Shown piece after piece: positions 1 to 12,750 of a DNA stretch of 64,000 nt. Every line of letters starts with the position of its first letter. The first letter of the stretch is position 1. The notes beneath the pieces were generated by a model that saw only the letters and a list, made by a program, of their open reading frames with translations, searched no databases and was not told where the DNA came from. The translations under genes were made by a program, and so were the position numbers. Source of the stretch: the human T2T-CHM13v2.0 reference genome, Homo sapiens; the NCBI RefSeq assembly GCF_009914755.1, contig NC_060936.1; one strand, 5' to 3'.

Positions 1-237
1 TTGTTATTTTTTCTTTCTTGCCATGTAACTCAGCGGAGTCTTATGGCTGTTAGTCTCAGGGCTTTGATTATCTGCTTGCTCAGGTAAAATTACATAATTC
101 AATATTTTTATTTTTTTTTCTTTAGTAACTATAAGTAAAACCCTAAGAAGTAGATCAGCTGCACCATGAAAAAATAATCATCCCTCCTTACTTTTACTAT
201 GAAAAGATAGAAAAATTAAAATATATATATATATATA

Positions 238-542
238 TAGTCAGCCCTCTGTATTCATGAGTTCCACATCCACAGATTCAACAATTATGGATTTAAAATA
301 TTAAAAAAAATAACAATACAACAATGAAAATAACAAATATATAAAATACAGTATAACAACTATTATATAGCATTTACATTGTATTATAAGTAATCTAGAA
401 ATGATTTAAAGTATATGAGAGGAGGTGAGTAGGTTATATGCAAATAGAATGTCATTTAATGTAGGAGACTTGATCAACTGCAGAGTTTGGTATCTGTGGC
501 AGTCCTTGAACCAATCACCTGCAGATATTGGAGGGACAACTA
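238..542 (-). mobile_element. MER2/MER2B non-autonomous Tigger (TcMar) DNA transposon
   Basis: Termini tagtcagccctctgtattc...gatattggagggacaacta are inverted repeats in a TA context. The interior (ataagtaatctagaaatgatttaaagtata, aggttatatgcaaata) matches the MER2 reverse complement. A (TA)n tract at 220-239 adjoins it. Confidence 0.85.
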
Positions 543-913
543 TATAAGTAAAGGACATAGATATATTTAAATGAAAAGACTAGGGAGTATTTTGCTTTGG
601 AAAGTGATTTAGCCCAGTTGACACAAAATTATAAAATAGTAAATTTTTGTTGATTAGGGGAATAAACACTTGCATTTTGTAAGGTAGAGGTGTTAACAAA
701 GTTGTCATAAATTAACAATGTTGCGGATAAAGTTAAACAATAATAAGACAATTGTTGGCCTAAATAACATTGTTTAGCCTAATTATATTTTATGTTTTTT
801 AGTATGCAGATAATTTGCCTGATTAGAGGACTGGTGTACCAAAAGGGCTTTCAAAAATAAATAACCTTGGGAATGAGAATCAGCACAACTATAATCCATC
901 ACTTTGTCTGCTT

Positions 914-1472
914 TGAGAACTGAAACCACCTACATCCATATATCTTAATTATTAGGACTCAGAACTAAGCTTCCTTGTGTCAGCATGACTTACATGTTTG
1001 GTCCAGGAGAATTCTCACCAAGGCAGATATGAATATGGCCAATGAATAATTTTACTATTAGTTTCATGAAATATGTCAAACCAATTTGGGCAAATAGTTT
1101 GCAAATTTAAACAAAAGATCTCCTATCAGGACAATAGATTGCTCACCTAGCAAATAGCTCACTTATCAAACATTTTACTTACCAGAACTACTTGAAGACC
1201 CTTGCCTCACTGTGTCTACCAACTGTATGCCACAAACCTTGTCCAATACCCATCAATTTTCTATCCTGAAAGACCTACCTTAAATCAATTATAACCAGAT
1301 CTCAAACCTGATAGATATTTGGATCTGACCTTCTCCTTCAAAGACAGAACTAACCATACAGGTAATGTTGTCCTGTACTGTACTGCAGTAGGTCTGATAA
1401 ACGAAACTTTGCCTGGTTGGTATATTTTTTGTGTGTTTTTTTGGAAGGGGGAGGATGGTGGTAGAGTTGATG
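914..1472 (+). mobile_element. Old ERV1-type solo LTR (MER110/MER90-like)
   Basis: Starts TGAGAACTGAAACCA. It shares that start and an internal motif (ccttgcctcactgtgtctaccaa) with the LTR at 1861-2437. The family name is tentative. Confidence 0.6.
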
Positions 1473-1689
1473 AGATAGCCACAGCACTCGTCCATCACTC
1501 TTTCACTGCTACCCATACCATTCCTATGCCACTTCAGTTCCATCATACCTAACTGCTTCCAAGAGAAAAGACACATTATAGTTAACAAGAGTACATTTCT
1601 CCTGTATGCAGTTTTTCTCATTTTTCTGAATAAGATTCATTTGAGCAAGTAGATGCTTATAGTACAGACTTTGTTAATTCCACACTAAC

Positions 1690-1810
1690 ATGAAGGTTCT
1701 GAGATATGAACAAGATGCTAGCAGTTACAGTATCTAAACTATATGACCTTGGGCATGTTTCCCAATCGTTCAAGGTCTCAGCTACCTCATCTGTAAAAAA
1801 ATGATGATAA
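1690..1810 (+). mobile_element. MIR fragment
   Basis: tatgaccttgggcatgtttcccaat...ctcagctacctcatctgtaaaa is the MIR core. Confidence 0.7.
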
Positions 1811-1860
1811 AAATGACAATGATAATTGCTAATACATATTTGAACTTAGTACATCTGACG

Positions 1861-2437
1861 TGAGAACTGAAACCAACATACTTTTCTGTTTTTGTGTTAA
1901 AAGATTCTGGGGACCTGGTAAGAAATACATAAACATGGGGCAGAAAATAATTGTCCCTGGAAGATAAATGAACTAAAATAACTTGTTTTATAAGACCAAC
2001 TACTTACTTATTCATTAATACTTGTACCAATGTCCTTGCCTTACTGTGTCTACCAATCCATAACTCTCAAGTCATCAGCTGCCCAATCCTAATTAGTCTC
2101 CTGCTTTTTAAGATTCCTAATAGAACCATCAGCCAAAACTATATATATATGTGTGCATATTATATATTTTTTTCTGAGATTTCCCATTTTTTTCCTGACA
2201 TATTTTTTTCTGACATTTTCTATATATTTTCTATATAGAAAATTTTCTATATATTTTCTATATAGAAAATTTTCTATATATTTTTCTGTCATTTTCTATA
2301 TATTTTTTTTTCTGACATTTCCCATTCTGAGATTCTCCTATCCTACTAGAATGGTATTGACCTTGACCACAGTATGTTTAATAAGTTAGGTTCTGCTAGC
2401 TCAGCTGGTTTCTAGCGGTTCCATTTGGGGTTTGGCA
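1861..2437 (+). mobile_element. ERV1-type solo LTR (MER110/MER90-like) with 4-bp TSD
   Basis: TG...CA termini (tgagaactg...tttggca), flanked by gacg (1857-1860) and gatg (2438-2441). It interrupts a MIR. Confidence 0.7.
2140..2330. repeat. AT-rich palindromic minisatellite inside the LTR
   Basis: 27-bp unit ttttctatatagaaaattttctatata present twice, plus partial ttttctgaca/ttttctatata units. Confidence 0.9.
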
Positions 2438-3040
2438 GATGGCACAGGCCTTATCCTTAGTACCTTATATGCATTAATTTCTTTAATTCTTAAAATAGCC
2501 CTATGAGGCAAGTAATATTATTATCCCCATTTTACAAAAGAGGAAGCTAAGATCCCTGGAGCTTAAAAAGCATATTAGTGCTTTTGTCAAAATTAAATAT
2601 AAGAAGACATACACATACAAAAAGCCCAGCAAAGGTATCTAGCACAAAGTAAGGTTTATGAAATCTGATTACTATTTTTCTGTTATATTGATAATAGAGG
2701 AAAACAATAATTACCTTGCCAAAGAGATCTCCACCGTGAATACTTCAGTGCTAAGAGAATTGTATGTATTTTTAAAATCCTCAAAATGTTTGATCATAGA
2801 GATCTTAGAAGTTGGGAAATTTTCAGCAAATGTTTGTTTCTCACTTGTGCACAAAATAGCATATATTTATAATGGTCTATGTTTATTTTCTAATAAAGCG
2901 TTTTACAAAAATCACTAAGTGTATATATTATTTAAATTTTCTTTTAATCCTTGATCTAAAGTGAGACTATGACATTCAGAGAAGTTTTCTGTTATTTCCA
3001 GAGCTGCAAATCTAAGTTCTCAGCCACGTATCACCTCCGT

Positions 3041-3256
3041 CAGGAGTCAGCAATGGTTTTCTGTAAAGAGCCAGGTAGTAAATATTTTAGGCTTTACTCA
3101 CCATGTGGTTTCTATTACAACTATTCCACTTTGCTACTGTAGCACAAGAGCAGCTGTGAGTGATATGTAGGGGTGTGGCTGTATTTCATAAAACTTTATT
3201 TCCAAACACAGTTGGCAGGCTGTTTCTAGTCTGTGAGCTGTAGTTTGCTGAGGGCT
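3041..3256. mobile_element. MER58A (hAT-Charlie)
   Basis: caggagtcagcaa...ttctgtaaagagccaggtagtaaatattttaggcttt...aaaactttattt...gctgtagtttgctga matches MER58A. Confidence 0.85.
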
Positions 3257-4409
3257 CTTCTAGATGTGACTTTGAGAGCTTCCATGGGGTCATGTGTTTT
3301 TTATCCTCTTTGATTTCCTGCTAAGGTCTGACAGCCCTGAGATGCTCATTCATAGATACAGCATTGCATCAACATTTAGATACGCTATCACTAACTTTTC
3401 TCGGTAGTCATGACATTTAATATTGTACTTGGGTGACTTCTGTGACAAAATAAAGATATTGTGAGTAAACTCTAGCTGGAAAACAACAACTACTTTACTG
3501 TGAGGATCTGAGAATCTAATAATACAATGCTGATGTCACCTGGGGCTCTTCTTCAGAGAAGGCAGTCACTCTACGAGCTTAGACAACAATTTCCCTGAGG
3601 ATAAAAGAACTGTTTTGTCAAATTCAGCACCCAGTGTGGTTTCATTATTTTAGAATATAAAACTGTTTGGTGATTAACTTTGTTTACACTTGGCAAGTAT
3701 TGCTTCCTTTTCTGAGGGGGCAAAAGACAAAAAAGCTCATAAAAATTTTAAAAAGCTTTTGACTTCAAATAGTTCTTACAAAACTGCACTTGGATGAGTT
3801 AAGTGTGGAGGAATCAAAACCATATGGATTATACTTCTTTTAAAATAAACACTGATTTAAAAATTGAGGGAAAATTCTTAAACATAGACTTTCGTCTTCA
3901 CAGACTCCAAACAGTCAAAAAGCAACTTTAAGAAATTTGATCAACCCAAAGCACAGCTGGGTTTACCCATTCTTAATTATAGTGTTTTCATTGTATATCA
4001 TGTAAAAATAAACAGCCTCAGGAGTGGGCTACATTCAGCTATTTTAAAAGAGTGTGGGGGCTTTCATTTAGCTCTACTGCAACTTTTGTCCAAGCCCTGG
4101 ATTTGAGGTAAATTACATATGGCATTTGAAATGCTAAAATGTTAAGCACTGTCACTCATCATATTTTATTTTTTAATTGTCCAGTCATTGACCCCAGAAT
4201 TAACAAAATGTTGAGAATTGCCTATTTGAAATTATCCTAAGGTGACTTATCCTGACTAGATTTTCATCTAAATGCTTAGTCATCAAAAAATGTGAACCTG
4301 GTACCCTTATTTAGTGAAATAACATTTCTGCATGGGGTTAATGCTCATCACATGCAAACAAAATCAAGTTTTCTTAACCACAGTCTTACTTCAAATGAAA
4401 TCAATTTAG

Positions 4410-4860
4410 CTATTTATTCATTCCCTACCAGGGTTCAGGAACTTTGCTAGGCACTGAAAGTTCAAAAACAAAAAGATATCTGGTCTCTTACAGGAACTCA
4501 AGAAACAAAAGGTGAAATGTAGTTAGGCAAACTATTGCAATACAATGCAGCATTTGCTATAACACATGTAAATCATGGAAGAGAAGACCTGTTTCCTGGA
4601 GGACAGGGTGAAGGCTTCTTAGACAAAGGGAAATTTGAATTGGGTCAGTAAGGGTTTCCCTAATGAAAAAGGTAAGCAAGGCATTCTGTGTAAAGAGAAT
4701 TGGCAAGAATCTAGAGTGTCTTTGTGTGACATAGAGTATAAGGTGGAAGGAGGAATGGCCAGAGATGAATCTAGAAAGTCAGGCCACAGTCACATAGAGA
4801 AGGACTTTGTAGGTTACACTATGGAGTCTGGAGTTTATGGTCACTATCAGATACAGTGAG
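4410..4860 (-). mobile_element. L2 fragment
   Basis: ttattcatt...ctttgctaggcactg...gaaggcttc...ggccagagatgaatctagaaagtcaggc...gactttgtaggttacactatggagtctggagtttat is typical antisense L2 3' sequence. Confidence 0.7.
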
Positions 4861-5104
4861 AAAGACAAATTTCATAGCTGTTTGGAGAATAAGTTTTAGG
4901 ACTGTGTGTGTTTATGTGTGTGTGTGTGTGTAAGAATGGAGGAAGGGTGGAATGCAAAAATAAAATAGGGAATCTTGTTAATATTCTCCAAAAATGCATA
5001 CTGCAAAATGTAACATAGTTACACAAAAATGTAAAATAAATGCACAAAAAGTCACAAGCCAGTTTTGGCAAGTGCAATTGCTATAGTGACTTGAGGATAG
5101 CCTC

Positions 5105-5212
5105 TACGAAGACAGGAACCAAGGCTGACTTACTGACTGCTTTGTCCAAGCCCTTAGCATAGCACATGGAACATAAGTTGGTAAGCAGCAAGAATTTGTC
5201 GAGTGAATGAAA
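5105..5212 (+). mobile_element. L2 3' end
   Basis: gacaggaacc...cccttagcatagcacatggaacata...aatttgtcgagtgaatgaa. Confidence 0.6.
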
Positions 5213-5669
5213 GACAAGTGTGAAGGTCATATTGTATTGATATGAGCCAATGTAATAAGTCATTAATGAACCTCAGAAGATGGAAGATTCACAGGGGTGA
5301 TACCTGGGAAAACATATCTGAAAGGCAGCTTCAGATTTTTCAATCCATTTACATCAATCTGGAGGGGAGGAGAAAGAGGTAGTCTGTCTCCTCAAGGCTG
5401 GATCAATAGCTGTTGGGGCAGCCTCTTAATCATGTTACCTCCCATGTGCTGCTCACTCAGTTTCTATTCGTTCCCCACTGGTGCTGTGTTCAGACTTCCA
5501 AAACTGCCCTCCTAGTTAAAGGGAGCAGCACTGACCTAGGAAAGAAGAGATATTCTGTCTTGTGAACCATTAGTCTCTTTCTTCCACCCCTTCCCTTAAG
5601 TGACACACTCACCCTTTACATTAAGGATCTAAAAGCAGCATAGGACAGAAGAGGGAACACAACCATTAT

Positions 5670-5800
5670 TGACTTTGACCCATTTTAGTTATATGAGGTT
5701 AGCTGAGCCTCAGTTTTCTACTTAGTAAAATGGGCACAAAAATAATGACTAGTATGAAAAGATTTAATTCGATGAGATCACGATTCTGAGTAAGCACTCA
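5670..5800 (+). mobile_element. MIR fragment
   Basis: ctgagcctcagttttctacttagtaaaatggg core. Confidence 0.65.
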
Positions 5801-6379
5801 CTCTCTTAACGAGATCTCTCCTTTCCCATTCCATAGGCTGCCATGTGCCAGCTCTTGTCTTCCTTTCATAAGGGAAGGGATATATCTTCAGGTATAGGCA
5901 ATTAAATGGAAACTCATGCTCAGCTTTTCACCATTAGAGAACTTTGTTTGTAATTGTGAAATCAATTTATTAGTTTTTTTGTTGAAGAATAATTGCATGA
6001 AAAGTCACCTACCACTTCCAAAAGTGAATAACAATGTTCAAGAAGACTGCAATGTAAAGCTTTAATTAAGGCAGAAAGGTGCTTTAATTCTGCAAGGGCA
6101 CAAGCCATGTGAAGTGTGTAAGTAAAGACTGTGTCTCACAGACCTTCAACAACATGTAGCACTATCGGCCAAGAGAACAGACACTGCTTTGCGATGCCTC
6201 CCACAAGCCAAGACCAGTTACTTACTGACCAGGCCAGGAAGGCAAAAGCAGGTCTTCCTGGAAGATTCAAAATTCTTCTGATGGTTAGCATTCACTCAAG
6301 GATTTCTGACGCCCTGGCTGAACATTCTGTAGATGATCTGGCAGTTTAGAACATGTCTTCTCAATTTCTCCTTTGCCAG

Positions 6380-6518
6380 GGATCAGACCTGCATTTTTTT
6401 TTTTTTTTTCAAATTTCCCAGCTCTGTCCCCATTTTCTCTTACAGTTGTGTTCTCTAATGCAATTTCTGCATATTTAATCCCATCTCAGTATCTGTTTCT
6501 TGGAGGACTGGAATAACA
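6380..6518 (+). mobile_element. Old ERVL LTR 3' end (LTR16/LTR33/LTR40 class)
   Basis: Ends taatcccatctcagtatctgtttcttggaggactggaataaca, resembling ERVL LTR U5 ends. The 5' extent is unclear. Confidence 0.45.
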
Positions 6519-6580
6519 TACTAAAAGATCCCCATGAGAGTTATCTTCTGCTCCAAATGGTTATTAATTTCTTCACCTTT

Positions 6581-6887
<307 letters not shown>

Positions 6888-7059
6888 TCAACCTTGCTAA
6901 TGATCTTTAAGTGACATTTTACATTTACAGTATGAAACAAACATGTTGTGTGGCCTGCCACAGCTACCACAACTACACATAGGATTACGTCGATTAAGTC
7001 TAGACTTTAAGTCCATTTCATAGCCAGTATAGATACCTATCTATCCTCTCCCACTCACA

Positions 7060-7880
7060 TATCTCACACTCTAAAATGATTCAATTTCACCATTCCTCAA
7101 ACAGTCTTAACCCACAAATGCTTATGTCTTTGCCAGTATTGTCTTGGGTCTAAACTGATTTTCACAATGTCAGCTCATAAACTCAAGGCCCACCTGAATG
7201 GCTTCCTTCTCCTGATACCTCCTTCCATGCTCCCAAGCAGGAGTAACTCCCATACAATTGCTTCTTCTACGGGCATGCCAGTGGCTGAGTAATAAAGCTA
7301 TTTATAGGTATCTCTGATCACACTATGTATGATTCTTTTTGGTGTTTTGCATAGTGCTTGAGAGTCTGATACATTGTAGGATTTAAGTTCAATAAAAAGC
7401 CCAAATCAGCAATATAATATAAAGGAAACAGAATGAATTTGGGAATAGGACAATTTGGTTTAAAATTCCAGATCCCTCATTTATCGGCTGTGTGATTTGA
7501 GACAAATCATTTAATTTTCCTGAGGTATATAAAACGGGATAATAGGCCTCATATGACAGAGGCTTTATGAAGATTCAATGTAAGAAGCCTTCTATGTTGC
7601 ACTCATTCAACAAACTGAGTGCCTACTATGATCCGTGCACTGTGTTACATCCTGAGGATATTTCAGTGAAGGAGAGAGGGTGCTTTATCTCAGAAAATTT
7701 TATTTCAGTTATGTAGAAAGACAGTAAGTAGTTAATTTTTTTTTAATTTGCAGATTATCATGACTTTTAGGAAGAAAATAAACAGGATGCTGTGCTAGAT
7801 AATGATGAGAAGGAGAGGCTACAGACTTCAGGAAGAGCAGCAAAAGTGTCTTTGAAGAAGAGCTGGACAATGTATACCAT
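7060..7880. mobile_element. Cluster: L2 (+, ~7060-7395), MIR (+, ~7440-7590), L2 (-, ~7600-7880)
   Basis: L2 3' end (gcatagtgc...gttcaataaa), MIR (ggctgtgtgatttgagacaaatcatttaa) and antisense L2 (cattcaacaaactgagtgcctactatg). Confidence 0.65.
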
Positions 7881-7887
7881 ATGTGCT

Positions 7888-8421
7888 CCCTATCGGTTAG
7901 GGTTCCACCAGAGAAACAGAAGCAGTGTGACACACACACACACACACACACATACACACACACACACAAACAATTATATTGTACAATTATTTCTCACCAA
8001 AAAGAAAATAAATGTATTTCAATTTTAGACACAAAATCTAATTGCAAACACACATGTGCATATATAGTGTGTGTGAGTGAGTGTGTGTCTGTGTTTATTT
8101 CAAGTAATTGGCTTATCATGGTGGTTAGCTAGGCAAATCCTCAATAGGACAGGCTGGAAAATCTCAGGCAGGAGCTGAGGCTGTAGGACACACATTGAAT
8201 TTCTTTTTTTTACAGGAAAACTTCAGTTCTTTTAAAACTTTTCAACTAATTGGATGTGGCCCATCCAAATTATCAAGATTAATCTCCTTTACTTACAGTC
8301 AAGGATTGTATATGTTAATCACATTTACAAAATACCTATACAGCAACACCAAGATTAGTGTTTAATTGAATAACTGAGTATGGTAGCCAATCCAAGTTGA
8401 CTCATAAAATTGTTCATCACA
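7888..8421 (-). mobile_element. MLT2D-like ERVL LTR with internal (CA)n/(TG)n
   Basis: Ends aagttgactcataaaattgttcatcaca, the reverse complement of the MLT2 start; begins ttagggttccaccagagaaacagaa. Confidence 0.85.
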
Positions 8422-9944
8422 TGCTCTAAGATGTTAATCCCTTAACCATAAATTTCTTAAAGCATACTTTTGAGGATCTGGATGTATAATCAGCTTTTCC
8501 AATAGAAATCTCTCCCAACACTTTGGTAACATCTTTCATATCAAAATCACAGTGAATAAGGATTTTAAAATGAAAGACATTTTGTCTTCCTGAAATGTTG
8601 TAAGATTCCACACCATGGCAGCTGAGCAGGCTGACCTCTAGGCCATTTATTGTGGTTAAATAGGCAAAAAATAGTAGAAAAGATTTTATTGCTCTAAAAC
8701 ACCCAGCAGGCAGCACAACTATCAAATATCTTTACATACTTATAAGGAAAAACTATATTTCCTTCCGTGTTACCTCACATTTTTGATTCTAGATAAATGA
8801 TTTAATATTCATTTTATAATAAATACCTAACTTTTCTATATTAAAACTAAATTGAAAACTTATTTTGCAAGTCAATAGTAAGCAAAATGTGAGTCAAAAA
8901 GCCCAAGTTAAAAACCACTGTATAAAGTTTGTTAAATACATGTTAAATGAACACAAAATATAAACTGTTATCCCTCTTCATTTATCAAGCATAAATGCTC
9001 TTGTGTTTTATTTTCATCACAGAAAAATATAATATTAAATTAATGGTGGCTTGTTTCCTCCCTCCCTCCTGCCTTGGTTCTTAAATGCCGAATAATAGTG
9101 TCTACTCTCTTGGTTTTTTAAATGTGGGCCTTGGTGTGTCTTGCCAACTTTTCCCTTGGGAGTTAGGGAGCATCACTTCTGCCAGCACTCCATAAAGATG
9201 TGAGAAACCATATTGATCAAGAAAGGCAGAATGGCCCATGGACTCATTGCAATTCATTATTGATTAGGCCACTCTGTCATGTTAACTGGAAACTAATGCT
9301 TTCACTTGAGTTTGAAGTCACCCTCCTTTCAGGTGGAGGGAGTTTGGTTTAACCCAACTGTTTTTCTAAGTGCATATCTAGCTCCAAGTCTAACCACAAT
9401 GTTCTGCCTGTATCCTTAATGCAGAGTACTTCTAGTCATCTTGAACAGGCCAGCTGTAACCCATAATTGGTACTTTGAGGTCCAGTGTTTCCCTCTGACC
9501 ACACAATGGAAGGTTGGAACAGTTTTGTAATTCAGAGTTATGCTTTCATCAAAGGTGATTTTGCTTTCTTAACACCATTTTCACCCCTGCTCTCTCTCCT
9601 AAAATTATTTTTAGTACACATCATAAACCAAAAGTAATCTCATTAGCTGCTCTGAGGAAAATATCTCTCATGTGAAGTAATATGATGCTGAAATTTCAGG
9701 ATCATTGTAACTGTTACAAAGATGTGTAGTTCAGTAAAGATGATAAATTATGAATTAATATTACATTGAATAACAAAATGTAATCTAATTTTACAGAAAA
9801 AATTGGAAACATGGTAGGAGAATAAAATAGATGAGTAAACTGAGGAATGGGAAGATACCAGAATTACTCAGATTCCCCCTGCTAGGCATGGCAATTTTTA
9901 ATGCCCCATTACTTGTTATTATATCACCAGGTTGGTGTTTTGAA

Positions 9945-10212
9945 AAGTATTTCTAAATGTTTCTGCAAAACTCCCCGTGGATAAGATTTTTAAGACAAGT
10001 ATGTTTGATAAAACCATATATCATAACCCCTGCCAAATAATACATAATGCACATTAGTATATTAAAGACTTCACAACAAAGAATCTTGAGTTCATGTTGC
10101 CCAAACTTATTTGAATGTCTTTCTTATTATATTTTTATTATTGTTGTATGTATTTTTTAGGCAATTAATAACCTGAGGATGTAGTATTCTCTGGAACACA
10201 TTTTAGGCAATA
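9945..10212. mobile_element. hAT-Charlie fossil (MER112/MER113-like)
   Basis: aatgcacattagtatattaaag, cccaaacttatttga, ctggaacacattttaggcaata. Confidence 0.45.
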
Positions 10213-10352
10213 TTATGCCAGCTTTTACAGCTGGTGTAAAGGAGTTGGGGGCAAAACCAGGAAAATATTGCCCATGGAATTAAATGGGGAAAAGAAGTTT
10301 CAAAGAAGGGATAGACAGTAGTGATTCACAGAAAGTAAAAAAGAGAAAGGGT

Positions 10353-10633
10353 GGCCAGGCGTGGTGGCTCACACTTGTAATCCCAGCACTTTGAGAGGCA
10401 GAGGCGGGTGGATCACATGAGGGCAGGAGTTCGTGACCAGCCTGGCCAACATGGCGAAACCCCGCCTCTACTAAAAATACAAAAATTAGCCAGGAGTGGT
10501 GGTGTGTGCTTGTAATCCCAGCTACTTGGTAGGCTGAGGCAGAAGAATTACTTGAACCCAGGAGGCGGATGTTACAATGAGCTGAGATCGAGCCACTACA
10601 CTCCAACCTGGGCGACAGAGTGAGACTCCATCT

Positions 10634-10665
<32 letters not shown>
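10353..10665 (+). mobile_element. AluSx-like, full length, no TSD
   Basis: Complete dimer with an A-tail of about 31 nt. The flanks do not match each other. Confidence 0.93.
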
Positions 10666-10672
<7 letters not shown>

Positions 10673-10890
10673 AGGCTTTAAAAAAAAAAAATTGAAAGGC
10701 TGATTTTAAAATTTATAGAAAATGCAAATGACCTAGATTTCCAAGACAATTTTGAAAAATAACAAAACTGAAGAAATAACACTACCTGACTTCTAGATTT
10801 TATAAAGGCATTGTAATAAAGGTAGTGCAGCATTGGTGCCATGATAGAAGACAAATAAATCAATAAGTCAATATTCCAGAGACAGAGGAA
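10661..10890 (+). mobile_element. Old L1M ORF2 fragment
   Basis: ctgattttaaaatttatagaaaatgcaaatgacctaga...caagacaattttgaaaaa...acactacctgacttc. Confidence 0.8.
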
Positions 10891-12184
10891 AACTTGAATC
10901 TTTATATTGAGAAACCTTCCTGAGTATTCAGCACAATATATACTTAAGTAAATTTACAATTTTGTTTTCTTTCTAATATCTGGATGTTGAACCTAATTAT
11001 TAGGAATTAGGGTGGGGATGTCCTAAAATTTTGTAATTTTTGCATAAATATATATTGTGCTACAATAATTGTTGTATCCAGATATGACATCTGGGAGTTC
11101 TAAATTCCTAAATTTTTTCTATAAATCCTGTCAGAAAACAGGATTATTTAAAATCAGAAGAAAACAAAGTTTAAAAAACTTTTCTTTCAAGACTGCAAAC
11201 CAAAATTATAAAATAATGTTTAGAGAAATGAAAATATGCTAAGCACCACCCCACCCCAAAAAGGGGAAGTTTGATAAACAATTTCATGCTGGAGGTTATC
11301 AATTTCAGTAAAAGAGTAAAAGCCACCCTAGCTGCAAAATGCTAAAATGGAAATTTAGAGAAAAGAGGTGGCCAGAAATGGTCATCATAGGGTGAGAGAC
11401 AAGAAGCCAACTACCTTAAAATACAAACGTCTTGGACTAACCATAATGTGTTTCATCTGTGATACTTTGTTTTACTCAGCTGTTGCGTGACCAAAATTAG
11501 AATGAATATTGCTTCTTTCTCTGTGAGAAAATACAACCAAGTAGGTTGCCGCTTCCTGGTCTGGATTGGGGTAAGTGGTCCCTTCCTCTGGGTGCCTTGG
11601 GTCCTGCTTGTTCATGCTGTAAGACAGCAGAGAGAGTGGGCAGAATGGGATGGCAGCTCAGGGAGTCCTGCATCCTGCCTTTATGACAGTAGATAACAGC
11701 CAAGAGAAACACACCTTTGCTCCATGCACAGGCTTAATGTGCACCACAAGGATACTGGGCTTAGCTCTGCTTTGAAGTCAGGATCTAGCTGGTTTCTTTG
11801 TTGCTGTTTTTTAAGGCACCACATAGTTTATGAATTGTGTGCAATGTTCAAGGTAATCTATTTAGCACACGTGTTTGGTATTCTCATAATCCCTAATTGC
11901 TGGCATTTCCTAGAACTTGGATCACTCTTCATCAGGCATCAGGATTTTTCAAAACACAATTGTTGAGAAAGATCTGAACATCTTTTTATTATGACAGATA
12001 GTACTGTTTGCACAGAAATCACATGACACTGGCTCATAGCATAAATTGTGTTCACAAAAAAAAATATTTATTTGTTCAAAAGAGACTCCATGGAGTTCCT
12101 TATTAAACAGTGTGTTGTGAGCTGAAACCCCCTCAAAAGAAATTTGCTTATTAATTCATAAAATGTATTAAATTTTAGTAATCA

Positions 12185-12750
12185 AGGTATATTTATAGAG
12201 CACTAAAACTGTGTTTGTCAATATAAGATGTTTGGGAAAAGGCATAGCAAAGACTAAGAAGTGGTAGAAATACAACAGAATATTTAACATAACATGGATA
12301 AACTAAGGGTATATAGAAGGATGTAAAAAGTGTTTTAAGAGCCCAGAGGGAGGAGGTTGGGAAAAGTTTCCCTCCAAAGATGACATTTGAACTGTTGCCT
12401 GGGGGATAAATATGAGTGTGATTGAGGAGTGGAGTAGATCACAAACAGAAAGGTGAGTATGTACAAAGGTACAAAATTAAGGCTGTGGTGTTTTTAGAGA
12501 GGCAAGGAGTTCGGTGAAGCTGAAGAACAGGTTTCCCTGGGGTAGGTGGGGAATGAAGGGCCATGAAATAAGTAAAAAAACAAACAAAACAACTTTTACG
12601 TTTTTCGTTTACGAAAAGGGAAACCAAAGGAGATTTCTAAGAGAAAGTGACAACACAATGAAGCAGATGGCTAGTTTAGAAATAGCATGATGGTAGGGTA
12701 ACAGAAATGGTCTGAAAGGAGTGGTGAGTAGTTGAAGGCAAATAACACAC
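12185..12750 (-). mobile_element. L2 fragment
   Basis: atttatagagcactaaaactgtg...gaaaagtttccctccaaagatgacatttgaactg...gtttagaaatagcat. Confidence 0.6.

Larger units (their letters stand above)
1815..2570 (-). mobile_element. MIR split by an LTR (pieces 1815-1860 and 2438-2570)
   Basis: ataattgctaatacatatttgaacttagtac... resumes after the LTR as ggcacaggcc...gcattaatttctttaattct...ccctatgaggcaagtaatattattatccccattttac. Confidence 0.7.

Noticed and set aside
2089-2389. ORFs with repeated YRKYIENFL / YRKFSIYFL units
   Set aside because: These are translations of the 27-bp palindromic minisatellite.
8430-8920. Possible hAT-Charlie remnant ending gttaaaaaccactg
   Set aside because: Only a terminal-like motif was recognised, which is insufficient to call it.
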